In this document: positions 1 to 11,734 of the stretch, piece by piece
Layout of the letters: every line of letters starts with the position of its first letter
How positions within the stretch are numbered: position 1 is the first letter of the stretch
From: Octopus vulgaris
Lineage: Eukaryota
Direction: 5' to 3'
DNA: 64,000 nucleotides
Assembly (NCBI GenBank): GCA_951406725.2
Contig: OX597831.1
Coordinates: 75,144,001-75,208,000, forward strand
Made by a program: the position numbers and the translations under genes
Notes under the pieces: generated by a model
What the model was told of the DNA's origin: nothing
Database searches by the model: none
Seen by the model: only the letters and a program-made list of their open reading frames with translations

Positions 1-390
1 TTATCATCATCATCATCTCATGTCCATTTTCTATGCTGGCATGGGTTGGACAGTTCGACAGGTGCTTGTAAGGGCCAGGAGCCACACCGGGTTCCCCTGT
101 CTGTTTCCACAGCTGGATGCTTTTCCCGATGCCAACCTCTTTACAGAGTGGCACTGGGCACTTTTTCTGTGGCACCAGGACTTTTTACATGGCACAGAAA
201 TAACACGAACCCTTTCCCTCTCCTTATACATGCAGAAAAATACATCAATGCTTAAAAAGAAGGAGAGTGAGAGAGAAGAAAGGAATGAAAGAAACATCAA
301 AATGTTGAATGCCAAATAAATCAGCATCAAATAAATGATGCCAAATAGGCAGTGGCGCCAAAACATCTCATGTGTTAATTAATGACTTAC

Positions 391-455
391 CTGTTCAGGT
401 AATCAGTCTGTATCCTTGAAGATTCTATTGACAAACACTGTCTACGTTTTGCAGC
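391..455 (-). CDS. CFAP69: CFAP69 exon 18: AAKRRQCLSIESSRIQTDYLN
   Basis: ttccag acceptor, GTAAGT donor; 65 nt, phase 0 to 2; gene continues beyond the window start. Confidence 0.82.
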
Positions 456-1165
456 CTGGAAAAAAGAATTTATTTGCTGAATATCTCGACATTTACCAAA
501 AAAATATTTCATCTTTTAAAATATTTCAAGCATAATTTCTTTCTCCTCCAAGTGTTTTAAAACATCCACTTTTTTTTTTTTTTTACATCTTAACATCTGC
601 ACAGTTCACTTGAATAATCTTGCCATTTTAGGGTATTGCTACACAATGTGTTGGAACAGGAGTCTATGCTTGTTTATGCGGAGGTGTGTGTATGTGAGTT
701 TATATGTCTGTATATACTCTTTTACATGTTTCAGTTTCCGTCTACCAAATCCACTCACAAGGCATTGGTCGGCTCGGGGCTATAGCAGAAGACACTTGCC
801 CAAGATGCCATGCAGTGGGACTGAACCCGGAACCATGAGGTTGGTTAGCAAGCTACTTACCACACAGCCACTCCGTGTTTTTATGCCTGTGTATGTGTGT
901 ATGCATATGCCTGTGTATATGTGTGTATGTATGGCTTCACCAGATTGTGAATTCAATTTCCAAATCAAGAAGCATGTTGTGTTCTTGAGCAAGTTGCTCC
1001 AGTCCACTTGGCTGTATATGGGTAACCTGCCAATCAGGAGGAATATTGGTCTGCTTACCTGGCCACAGCAGGCTGACATTATTTGAATGCTAAAACAGTG
1101 CAAAGTACATTGTGACCAGCAATGTATAACAATATCCTACAGTCTGGTCAATCACATGAAATAGA

Positions 1166-1216
<51 letters not shown>

Positions 1217-1230
1217 GTAAAAAGAAGTTT

Positions 1231-1744
1231 GAAAACGCCACTATATAAGATAAATTTTAATTTTCTTAGAAATTTTACATGTTTCGGTTCTTCTTGAAAT
1301 GACGAACCTTATCAAAAATATTTTTAAAGTTAAGTGTAATAAAAGTTCATAATTGTTTCTTACTAGTCTCAACAGAGTCCACGTGGTGGTTTTTGTGAGG
1401 GGAGCATAATAGCTGTTTTGTGTGTTGACTAGATTCGTTGGCTATAATTGTGAAAATGAACGGTGGCCAAAATAGCAGTACACTGCTACTACTGCTATTT
1501 TAGCCACTGGTCATTTAGCCAACTAAAGCCAATGAATCTAGTCAACACACAAGACAGCTATTATGCTCCCCCTCACAAAAAACCACCACGTGGACTCTGT
1601 TGAGACTAATAAGAAACAATTATGAACTTTTTTATTACACTTAACTTTTAAAAATATTTTTGATAAGGTTCGTCATTTCAAGAAGAACCGAAACATGTAA
1701 AATTTCTAAGAAAATTAAAATTTATCTTATATAGTGGCGTTTTC
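1231..1744. repeat. Fold-back element: ~215-bp inverted arms (1231-1443 / 1527-1744), each with a hammerhead core, set in (TG)n(TA)n
   Basis: Arms are near-exact reverse complements with a few mismatches by eye; the spacer holds a second small hairpin. Confidence 0.9.
1656..1703 (+). ncRNA. Minimal type-I hammerhead ribozyme, U3-A8 core variant (mirror copy on the minus strand at 1272-1319)
   Basis: ATTT-TTGATAA-GGTTC(13 nt)GAACC-GAAACATGTA-AAAT; palindromic stem III ACAUGU; GUA site. Confidence 0.65.
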
Positions 1745-1747
1745 TTT

Positions 1748-1789
<42 letters not shown>

Positions 1790-1790
<1 letters not shown>

Positions 1791-2042
1791 CAGAGTAAGC
1801 ACATAAATGTGAAACAAGGTGGGAAAAAGAGTACTCAAATACCAGAGGTAGAGTAATATGCTTTATTAAAAAGCAGCAAAAATATCACAAAAACTGTTAC
1901 TTAGAGTTTCATGTTCCCATTTGGCAGTTTTGTTTAGAATGGAACAAAAATAAGGTTATAAGCAAAAGTATACAATTGACTTGGAGAAAGTGAAACTCTG
2001 AGTAACAGATTTTGTGATATCTTTGCTGCTTTTTAATAAAGT
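1790..2042. mobile_element. Short non-autonomous element with internal inverted repeat (same family as 51508-51722; ribozyme core decayed here)
   Basis: accagagtaagcacataaatgtgaaacaa start shared with 51508; arms 1861-1911 / 1991-2041. Confidence 0.7.
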
Positions 2043-2338
2043 ATGTGTGTATATATATGACCAGGCTGCATGTTGTGTTCTTGAGCAAGACACTTTATTT
2101 CACATTGCTCCAGTTCACTCAGCTGTAGAAATGGGTTGCGACGTCACAGGTGCCAAGCTGTATCGACCTTTGTCTTTCCCTTGGATAACACTGGTGGCGT
2201 GGAGAGGGAAGGCCAGTATGCATGGGTGACTACTGGTCTTCCATAAAAACAACCTTGCCCAGACTTGTGCCTCAGAGGGTAACTCTCTAGGTGCAAACCC
2301 ATGGTCACTCATGACCGAAGGGGGTCTTTATCCTTACC

Positions 2339-2389
<51 letters not shown>

Positions 2390-2673
2390 TCATGATTGAC
2401 TTAGGACAAGAAACAACAACAGAGATAATAACTGAATAAAGAATCTTATAAATAGTTGCTTAATCTGCTAGAAATAGCAGCCAAATCTGCCTCTGATCAC
2501 ACTATTTTGAAATCTGGGCACATTGGATAATGTAGTTGTAGACAGCATGACTGGAATACCATTGATCATGAGTCTGTCTTTTGGATCAGGATTGACCTGG
2601 GGCTAAACAACATTACTTGTGCCATCATTAACCAATATCATCCAAACATCTAAAGACTGCATACGTGACTTAC

Positions 2674-2760
2674 CTGAAGTAACGAATATTGTGATGTTCT
2701 TGACACAAACTGGACCCAGAGGTTATCCTCCATTTCTTTTTGTTCATAATTCTTTCTCAT
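2674..2760 (-). CDS. CFAP69: CFAP69 exon 17: MRKNYEQKEMEDNLWVQFVSRTSQYSLLQ
   Basis: tttcag acceptor, GTAAGT donor; 87 nt, phase 0 to 0. Confidence 0.88.
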
Positions 2761-3834
2761 CTGAAATACAAATACATATAGTGTTGAAACCACAATGACT
2801 TCCAAAGGAACAACTGATGATGGGATGCCTGCGTTTGTTCAGATTACTCTTAATTGTGTATATGTGGAGGCTTACACGTTTACAACACACTAGAATGGCC
2901 TACCAGTAAAAGCTCATTTCTCCAACCTGATTATTTACTTACCTGTATTTGGAAAGACTTATTCTTTGTAAGTCCAGTACTTATTCTATTGGTCTCTTTT
3001 GCCAAACCGCTAAGTGACGGGGACGTAAACACACCAGCATCGGTTGTCAAGCAATGCTAGGGGGACAAACACAGACACACAAACATACACACACATATAT
3101 ATATATATATACATATATACGACGGGCTTCTTTCAGTTTCCGTCTACTAAATCCACTCACAAGGCTTTGGTCGGCCAGAGGCTATAGTAGAAGACACTTG
3201 CCCAAGATGCCACGCAGTGGGACTGAACCCGGAACCATGTGGTTGGTAAACAAGCTACTTACCACACAGCCACTCCTGCGCCTATATATACATATATATG
3301 TAGGTATATACATATATGTATGTATATATGCATATATTTATATATTATTTATATTATTATACACACACACACACACTCTCTCTCTCTCTAGTGTGAAGAT
3401 GCTATCTTTAAGATAGCATGTTTTACATCGGTTTGATATCATTATATCATATATTCCGATAGTGTATATCCATGAGTATACAAATGGGATGCATGTGGGA
3501 AGAATGCTGGCAAAATATGCCACATGAAGGAAGCTCAAACGTCAAAAGCGGAAAAGACAAAACAGAGCTACAAGATGAAATGCAATTATGGTCAAAGAAC
3601 ATGCATTTAGAAAACGATAAAAAATTACTCTTTTACTAGTTTCAAGTCATTTGACTGTGGCCATGCTGGAGCACCGCCTTTAGTCGAGCAAATCGACCCT
3701 AGGACTTATTCTTTGTAACTCTAGTACTTATTCTATCGGTCTCTTTTTGCCAAACCGCTAAGTTATGGGGATGTAAACACACCAGCATCGGTTGTCAAGC
3801 AATGTTAGGGGGACAAACACAGACACACAAACAT

Positions 3835-3867
<33 letters not shown>

Positions 3868-4063
3868 CTCATACACGACGAGCTTCTTTCAGTTTCCGTC
3901 TACCAAATCCACTCACAAGGCTTTGGTCAGCCCGAGGCTATAGTACAAGATACTTGCCCAAGGTGCCGCGCAGTGGGACTGAACCCGGAACCATGTGGTT
4001 TGTAAGCAAGCTACTTATCACACAGCCACTCATCTAACTACCATAAATAAATTTTAGTATATA

Positions 4064-7009
4064 TAGTGACTTTAGGATCAGAGTGACTTTAGGATCAGGA
4101 CTAGGAGGACAACCAGAAGACGACAAATATGGAGAAGAAGGATCTGGAAGCTTAAAGATCCTGCAAATGGACAGAGATTTAGGGACATATTACTTGAAGC
4201 CTCTGACGAAGTAGAAGGGGATAGAGCATCACAGGGGGTAGAAGACAGCTGGACGTTTCTAAGGGACAACCTGCTGAGAGCCACTGACCAGATCTGTGGC
4301 TGGTGCAAAGTCCCCTCTCGACCTAGAATAACGTGGTGGTGGAACAATATTGTAGACAGGGCTATTAGAGAAAAGAGACAGGCTTGGAAGGTCTGGAAAA
4401 ATGGGGGTAGCAGGGGATTGTATCAGACTGCCAAAAGAGAAGCTAGGAGACAGGTTTATTTAGCCAGAGGGGAAGCAGATAAGAAAAAATTTGCCAATGT
4501 TCTGCGCCGTGAGGACCAAAGACTGGAGGTGTTTCGTGTTGCAAGACAGTGTGTGAGAGAGAATCGTGATGTGGTAGGAGAGAAGTGTGTTCGCATGGAA
4601 GATGGTTCACTTGCGCTAAATGAGGATGCAAAGAGAGAGGTTTGGAGATGCCACTATGAAAGGTTGCTGAATGAAGAAAATGAATGGGATAAAGAGAGTC
4701 TGCCGAATGTTGACCCAACAGAGGGACCAGCTATCCGAGTTGATAGTTCCGTGGTAGCTAAGGCAATTAGAAGCATGAAGACAGGGAAAGCCCCAGGCCC
4801 ATCAGGAATCACTGCAGAGATGCTCAAAATGTCTGGTAGTGTCGGCTATAGCCTAGTCACCCGTATAGTTAATCAGGTGATACACAAAGGGGTCATACCC
4901 AATGACTGGTGTAGCAGTATAATAGTCAACTGCTACAAAGGTAAAGGTGATGCCCTAGATACAAATAACTACAGAGGTATCAAGCTGTTGGACCAGGTGA
5001 TGAAGGTTACGGAGAGGGTCATAGCCCAACTAATTAGAGAGAGAGTTAGTTTAGATGAGATGCAGTTTGGGTTTGTGCCAGGGAAAAGTACTACTGATGC
5101 TATATTCCTGGTAAGGCAGCTGCAGGAGAAATACCTAGCCAAAGATAAGCCCCTGTACCTGGCTTTTGTTGACATGGAGAAAGCCTTCGACAGGGTCCCC
5201 CGATCCCTTATCTGGTGGGCAATGAGGAAACTAGGGATAGATGAATGGTTAGTGAGCGCTGTGCGGGCCATGTATAGGGACGCCGCTAGTAGGGTGAGGG
5301 TTGGAAATGTGTACAGTGAAGAATTCCGGGTAGAGGTAGGAGTCCACCAAGGCTCAGTACTCAGCCCCCTCCTATTTATCATAGTCCTCCAGGCAATAAC
5401 GGAGGAATTCAAGACAGGATGCCCTTGGGAGCTCCTCTATGCTGATGACCTTGCTCTAATTGCTGAGTCGCTATCAGAACTGGAGGAGAAGTTTCAGGTG
5501 TGGAAACAAGGATTAGAATCGAAGGGCCTCAGAGTCAATCTAGCTAAAACCAAAGTCGTAATCAGTAGGAAGGTAGACAAATCACAAACACCTTCAGGTA
5601 GATGGCCCTGCTCGATCTGTAGAAAAGGTGTAGGTAGAAACTCTATAAGATGCACCAAGTGTAAGCTATGGACACATAAGAGATGCAGCAATGTCAAAGG
5701 AAGGCTAACTAGGAAGATGGTTTTTGTATGTGGCAGATGCTCAGGAACAATAAACACTGAAAATGCTCTGAGACCAACTTCCGTCACTTTCCAGGGAGAA
5801 AAACTAGAAATAGTTGATAGTTTCCGTTACCTAGGTGACCAAGTCAGCAGCGGGGGCGGGTGTGCTGAAAGTGTAACTGCTAGAGTAAGAATAGCTTGGG
5901 CAAAGTTCAGAGAGCTCTTACCTTTGCTGGTGACAAAAGGCCTCTCGCACAGAGTGAAAGGCAGACTGTATGATGCGTGTGTACGAACAGCCATGCTACA
6001 TGGCAGTGAAACATGGGCCGTGACTGCTGAGGATATGCGTAAGCTCGCTAGAAATGAAGCCAGTATGCTCCGATGGATGTGTAATGCCGGTACTCACACT
6101 CGGCAGAGTGTAAGTACCTTGAGAGAAAAGCTGGACCTAAGAAGCATCAGTTGTGGTGTGCAAGAGAGACGTTTGCGCTGGTATGGTCATGTGGCGAGAA
6201 TGGATGAAGATAGTTGTGTGAAAAAGTGCCACACCCTAGCAGTTGAGGGAACCTGTGGAAGAGGCAGACCCAGGAAAACCTGGGACGAGGTGGTGAAGCA
6301 CGACCTTCGAACTTTAGGTCTCACTGAGGAAATGACTAGAGACCGAGACCTCTGGAAGTGTGCTGTGCGCGAGAAGACCCAGCAGGACAAGTGAGTCCAT
6401 AACCCGTGGCCTTCTACATGGGATGGAGCCAGCCTACGTATGCATACCTTCCCTTCTTGGGACACAAAACTCTACTTGTGAAGACGTGTTGAGGCAAGTG
6501 AGGATCAGAATCGAAATCTATCAATGGAAATTGCGGATGTGCTACCAGTGCCGGTGGCATGTCAAAACTCTGCTTGTGAAGACCCGTTGAGGCAAGTGAG
6601 GATCAGAATCGAAATCGATCAATGAAAATCGATCAATGGAAATTGCAGATGTGTTACCAGTGCCGGTGGCATGTAAGAGAACTTTCCGTTTCACGACCGT
6701 TGCAAGCACCGCCCCGTTTCGTGTCCGTTGCCAGCCTCGCCTGGCCCTCGTGCCGGTGGCACATAAAAAGCACCATCCGTTCGTGGCCGTTTGCCAGCTC
6801 TGTCTGGCACCAGTGCGGGTGGCACGTAAAAAGCACCCACTAAACACACGGAGTGGTTGGCGTTAGGAAGGGCATCCAGCCGTAGAAACACTGCCAGATT
6901 TGACTGGGCCTGATGAAGCCTTCTGGCTTCACAGACCCCAGTAGAACCGTCCAACCCATGCTAGCATGGAAAACGGACGCTAAACGATGATGATGATGAT
7001 GATGATGAT
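4064..7009 (+). mobile_element. RTE-clade LINE, 5'-truncated, with repetitive 3' UTR and (GAT)n tail
   Basis: Open frame from ~4082 to 6394 with RT motifs (KAPGPSG, NYRGIKLL, QFGF, FVDMEKAFD, GVHQGSVLSP, LLYADD, FRYLG) and an RTE-type C-terminus (RLRWYGHV, RGRPRKTW); most of the APE domain is missing; 5' junction has a 17-bp tandem duplication. Confidence 0.95.
4418..6394 (+). CDS. RTE reverse transcriptase ORF (uninterrupted) with an embedded PHD-type zinc finger
   Basis: 658-aa ORF in the track; YADD motif; C4HC3 pattern CSIC..CTKC..H..C..CGRC at 5609-5740. Confidence 0.93.
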   Translation: MYQTAKREARRQVYLARGEADKKKFANVLRREDQRLEVFRVARQCVRENRDVVGEKCVRMEDGSLALNEDAKREVWRCHYERLLNEENEWDKESLPNVDPTEGPAIRVDSSVVAKAIRSMKTGKAPGPSGITAEMLKMSGSVGYSLVTRIVNQVIHKGVIPNDWCSSIIVNCYKGKGDALDTNNYRGIKLLDQVMKVTERVIAQLIRERVSLDEMQFGFVPGKSTTDAIFLVRQLQEKYLAKDKPLYLAFVDMEKAFDRVPRSLIWWAMRKLGIDEWLVSAVRAMYRDAASRVRVGNVYSEEFRVEVGVHQGSVLSPLLFIIVLQAITEEFKTGCPWELLYADDLALIAESLSELEEKFQVWKQGLESKGLRVNLAKTKVVISRKVDKSQTPSGRWPCSICRKGVGRNSIRCTKCKLWTHKRCSNVKGRLTRKMVFVCGRCSGTINTENALRPTSVTFQGEKLEIVDSFRYLGDQVSSGGGCAESVTARVRIAWAKFRELLPLLVTKGLSHRVKGRLYDACVRTAMLHGSETWAVTAEDMRKLARNEASMLRWMCNAGTHTRQSVSTLREKLDLRSISCGVQERRLRWYGHVARMDEDSCVKKCHTLAVEGTCGRGRPRKTWDEVVKHDLRTLGLTEEMTRDRDLWKCAVREKTQQDK

Positions 7010-7368
7010 ATCTATTTACACATACTATGGATGCATTTTTAATGTTGTTAGTATTCATCACTAAACACACTAAACACTATTTATGTTTATGTGTAGTGAA
7101 AAACTGAGCCCATCTCATTCACATTATTGTCACCCTTTTGATGCAAACTGAATGAAAGAAGTATATTATTTGTGTATATATAATATGCAGTTATGTAATT
7201 ATATATAAAATAAAATGAGAGTGAAGTAAAGCAAGCTGACATGGAGATATATAATCTTAGTATTATTTATGTTGAAGCAATGGGCATACATACACAAATG
7301 TGCCCCACTGACTTTGTTTCCTCATAACTTCCAGAAAAATATTTTTTTAATGAAATTTTTAACAAATG

Positions 7369-7539
7369 GGTGCAGGAGTGGCTGTGTGGTAAGTAGCTTG
7401 TTTACCAACCACATGGTTCCAGGTTGAGTCCCAATGCGTGGCACCTTGGCCAAGTGTCTTCTACTATAGTCTCGGGCCGACCAAAGCCTTGTGAGTGGAT
7501 TTGGTAGACGTAAACTGAAAGAAGCCCGTCGTATATATG

Positions 7540-7576
<37 letters not shown>

Positions 7577-7780
7577 TTGTGTGTCTGTGTTTGTCCCCCT
7601 AGCATTGCTTGACAACCGATGCTGGTGTGTTTACGTCCCCATCACTTAGCGGTTCGGCAAAGACCGATAGAATAAGTACTGGACTTACAAAAAGAATAAG
7701 TACCGGGGTCAAGTTGCTCGATTAAAGGCGGTGCTCCAGCATGGCCGCAGTCAAATGACTAAAACAAGTAAAAGAGTAAA
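7369..7780 (+). mobile_element. tRNA-headed SINE family A (~410 bp, internal (TA)n(TG)n, AAAGAGTA tail); representative full copy
   Basis: A-box TGGCTGTGTGG, B-box-like GGTTCAGTCCC in other copies, CORE-like CCTTGGGCAAGT. Other copies (approximate): 716-873(-), 2956-3283(-), 3626-4032(-), 15822-16236(-), 23007-23473(-), 23497-24053(-), 24783-25312(-), 25827-26233(+), 28454-28817(-), 47959-48311(-), 49695-50062(-), 55667-56000(+), 59862-60125(-), 61412-61738(-). Confidence 0.9.
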
Positions 7781-7993
7781 TACACTTCAGATGATGTAGA
7801 TTCCAATTATATCAGAATTTGTAATGAGAAAAAAATATTTTTCAGGGGAGTATCAAGTAGGGAAAGAGAGAGAGAGAGAAGGTGAGTGGGTGGTAAGTTC
7901 ATAAGACTGTGATGGGAGAATGGGTTTTGTGTGTGTTTTTTTTTTAAATAATATATAAAGTGAAGAAATTATTAGCCAAACTATATTCCTTAC

Positions 7994-8191
7994 TTCAGCG
8001 TAACACTCTTGTTCATCAAGAGCTTCGGTCTTTTCATATGATGCCATCAATTCTAGCTGGGCATTTCTTGTTATTTGGCCCCACGAGTGACACCGTGCCA
8101 AAATAGCATTGCATATCTGTTGATCGTGCTCTATCATGGCCACATTCTCCTTTTCAAGTTCCTCTATCACCTCCACCCATACTTCACCAGT
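7994..8191 (-). CDS. CFAP69: CFAP69 exon 16: TGEVWVEVIEELEKENV...EALDEQECYAE
   Basis: tgccag acceptor, GTAAGG donor; 198 nt, phase 0 to 0. Confidence 0.9.
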
Positions 8192-8531
8192 CTGGCAAGT
8201 GGAGAAGGAAAACAAAAAAGAAAAAGATAAAAAAAAGAAACAAACAAAATTATTTAATTAAACCCATTCAATTAATTTTTTTCTTTCTGAATTGTTTGCA
8301 AGATATTTTGTGATTTATTTTTCACGAAATTGGTTTTAGTTGGCAGAGGGCCTTCCGAACTGACTCGACAAAATAGCTTTTATTGACATCACGGATTGGA
8401 AAGATTGGTCAGAGAGAGAAAGAAAGAAAGAAGTGGAGTTTTTTCAAACCAATATCATAGTTTTTCAGGAAAATCAATGTTTACAGCAAAAATAGAGCTT
8501 CTATAAAAAGGGGAAGGGGCCTTTTTTTTAA

Positions 8532-8751
8532 CCCTTTAACATTCAGATTTCTCTGCCAAAATATAAGTTTTATTACTCACATTGTTCTGAATTAATCCTG
8601 TATTACCTCATAGCTTTGAGATTTCATTAATGTGACTGTGTATTTTTAGAGTGACATTGTAGGGTTGGTGTGAGAGGTTGGATCTAACCAGTTTGAACAT
8701 AAAGCAGAAACAATATTTTGGCTGGATATAGGCAGATTAAATGCTAAGGAG
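8532..8751. mobile_element. piggyBac-type MITE (related copies at ~24640-24770 and ~36401-36617)
   Basis: TTAA on both sides; termini CCCTTTAACATT...AATGCTAAGGAG; body repeated three times in the window. Confidence 0.65.
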
Positions 8752-8881
8752 TTAAACGTATCACTGATAATGAGAAATTAGCAGAATTCTGCTTTACACA
8801 CCCTATAATCCTTCGCGACTTTCATTTTTTGGAACTTTCAGAAAATTTCTGCAAATTTGTGTTGTACACATGGGAATTCAT

Positions 8882-9200
8882 ATCATCATCATCATCATCA
8901 TCGTTTAACGTCCGCTTTCCATGCTAGCATGGGTTGGACGGTTCAACTGGGGTCTGGGAAGCCAGAAGGCTGCACCAGGCTCCAGTCTGATCTGGCAGTG
9001 TTTCTACAGCTGGATGCCCTTCCTAACGCCAACAACTCCGTGAGTGTAGTGGGTGCTTTTTACGTGCCACTGGCACAGGTGCCAGACGAGGCTGGTAAAC
9101 GGCCACAATCGGATGGTACTTTTTATGTGCCACCGACACAGAGACCAGACGAAGCTGGCAACGGCCACGGTCGGATGGTGCCCTTTACGTGCCAATGCAG
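8882..9200 (-). mobile_element. RTE 3'-UTR-derived short retroposon, representative copy
   Basis: Matches the 3' end of the RTE (6770-7009) including the (ATC)n tail. Others at ~1-200(-), 10680-10828(+), 11760-12040(+), 17285-17612(+), 21130-21330(+), 31300-31623(+), 33990-34235(-), 51735-51950(-), 54548-54870(-), 59312-59600(-). Confidence 0.85.
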
Positions 9201-10126
9201 CAATAAACGGCTGATGCTACAATAAACATGGATATGTCACCCAAATAGTTGCATACCAAGCTATACACACTCTAACAATAACCAATTAAATGTGAAGCCT
9301 GAGAAATAGAACTTTGAGCGATTCATCATCATCTCATCCTCATCATCTTAATGCTTGCTTTTCCAGGTTTGCATGAGTCAGACACAGTTTATTGAGGCAG
9401 ATTTTCTCTAGCCAGATGCCCTTCACCTGTTTCCAGGTAAGGCAATATTTCCCCATGACCAGACATATTTTCACAGAAGATTGGAACAAAGGACACTGCC
9501 TGAAAACACACACATAATGAGGAGTGCTGGTGCTATGGAAAAAAACACCCAGTACACTCTGAACTATGCAAAAAGCAAAAAAAAAAAAGGAAATTTTCAT
9601 GTGATTTAAGGGGTATTTAGATGTTATTATTAGCACATCTCATGCCCTCCTTGTTTGTCACTCTGACGTATTGATGCTTTTCAATATTTTTCTCTCCATA
9701 AACACGCTTAATGGCCTATTACTGGGATTTTAGCTGCCTGTATTTTAAACTGATCTAAAAAAAAAAAAAATCTAAAAATTCTAAAAAAACTTTTTAAAGA
9801 ATTTCAAGAAATTGAAAAAAAATTTTTTTTTTTGCATAGTTGTATGAATTCTCATGTGTAGAATTCAAATTCTACAAAAATTTTCTGAAAAGTCCAAAAA
9901 AATTTTTTAAAGTTATGAAGGGTTATATGCCATGCACAAAGCAGAATTCCATTGAGAAAATGTTATTACAAGAGTAAACAGGGCAGAGAACAGGCAGAAT
10001 CATTAGACCACTGGACAAAATGTCTTGGACTATTTCTTCCAGCTCTTCACGTTCTGAGTTCAAATCCTGTCAACTTTGCCTTTCATTTTTTTGAGGTTGC
10101 TAAAAGTACCAGTCATATCTGTAGAT

Positions 10127-10345
10127 CAGTGGTTTTCAACCAGGGTTCCGCGGAACCTTAGGGTTCCACCAGTACAGTCCAGGGGTTCCGCAAGAAGTTA
10201 CAAAACTGCTAAATTTGGCAGTAATTTTTAATTCTCCTGTGCAGATATGTGTGCATAAGACAATTAAATTATTGCACAGGGGTTCCCCGAGCCAGTGGAA
10301 TGTTTCCTTGGGGTTCCGCTCCAGCAAAAAGTTTGAAAGGCACTG
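10127..10345. mobile_element. hAT-type MITE
   Basis: TIRs CAGTGGTTTTCAA / TTGAAAGGCACTG; exact 8-bp TSD CTGTAGAT (10119-10126, 10346-10353). Confidence 0.9.
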
Positions 10346-11377
10346 CTGTAGATGAATGCTGCAGCACACTGTATTGGGGTTAAAAACTTGGCTAAAAATG
10401 TATGATTTTAATCATTTAGATTCTTCTTCTTCCGAAGGAGCTGGTTACTAACAAAGATACAAAGCACCGTCTTTGGAATGTAGAAAATAAAAACAATGCC
10501 ACATTTGAAACTGTTTTACCGTTCCACTTACAAATTCCATCTGTAATGTGCAAGTCTGTTGGTTGGTTTCTGTTTCTGATAATCCAAGCTTATCCAGATT
10601 GAAAGTTTGGCATTTACTCATAAAATCAAGGGCTCCAATTATTATTGGTATAAATGTGGATTTCTAATCCTGTATGTATGTGGTTGGTGTCAGGAAGGGC
10701 CTCCAGCCATAGCAACCATGCCAAAACAGACAACAGAGCCTGGGATGGTCCTTCCTGGCATTGTCAGCTCCTGTCCAACCATCCAACCAATGCCAGCACC
10801 GAAAGCAGATGTTAAATGACGATGATGAAAGAAAAAGAAGCAAAGTTGACTCAGGCAGGATTTGAACCCAGGACACTTACCACCAGGTATTCTATCCAAT
10901 ACTTTAGAGATTCTGCCAATTTGCTACCATGTATAGTGAAGCCATGTGGCCAAACACACATGAAGTAGTGGTGTTGATGGTATCAGATGCATGGAATGTA
11001 AGGTCAAAAGTTTAACTCACAGACTGAGAAATGCAATGTGATCTTGGGCAAGTCACTTCATTTCATATCACTCCGGTCCCACTCAGCTGAAAATAAGTAC
11101 CATCCACATCAGGCGGGGAGGGCAGTGACCCTACATCACACTGGTGTCCCACACACAATCGTGGGGAACCAACCCTACATCAGATTCAATGATGGTGGTT
11201 GGGGGGGGAGGGGCCAGTCAGCCTGCATCACTCGTATCCTATTGAGCATGAAGGCGGGGGGGGGGGACACAGCATTTTCACTCAAGCATACACTATGGAG
11301 CCAAGGATAATCTCTGGATTAACAAGCTAGAGATTATCCCAGAATTTGTAACATACCCAAGACCAAAAACATAAGAT

Positions 11378-11734
11378 ATCTTCTTTATATATATAAAAGT
11401 GAAGTTGTGTGTCTGTCTCCTACGATTTAGATTCCTAACTACTCCCACATAGTCATGATTCATATCGAGCTCTTCTGGGTATTAGCATGAGTCTACGATT
11501 TAAAAAAAAATTTACCATCATTTTTTTCCATTTTAATGCATTTTTCGCTATTATATAAGGGAAGTAACTCTCTAAAAATGTCTACGATGAGTCAACGATT
11601 TAAAAAAAAATTTACCATCATTTTTTTTCCCATTTTTAATGCATTTTTTGCTATTTTTTGGCTATTACTCTCTAAAAATGCTTATATAATTATTTCCCTT
11701 ACAAACCCGAGCAACGCCGGGCGATACTGCTAGT
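11378..11734 (+). mobile_element. Non-autonomous Helitron-like element (related: ~19170-19538, ~56530-56840; more distant: ~35275, ~44820-45180(-), ~52700)
   Basis: 5' TC..TATATATAAAA start; 3' GC-rich hairpin CCCGAGCAACGCCGGG followed by CTAGT; no TSD; internal tandem duplication. Confidence 0.7.

Noticed and set aside
3054-3416. Recurring ORFs of the type MLGGQTQTHKH..RLPNPLTRLWSARGYSRRHLPK, resembling a gene family
   Set aside because: They are antisense readings of the family A SINE, in varying frames.
6540-6840. Repeat-spacer-like pattern suggesting a CRISPR array
   Set aside because: Degenerate units with irregular, mutually similar spacers in a LINE 3' UTR; eukaryotic context and no cas genes.
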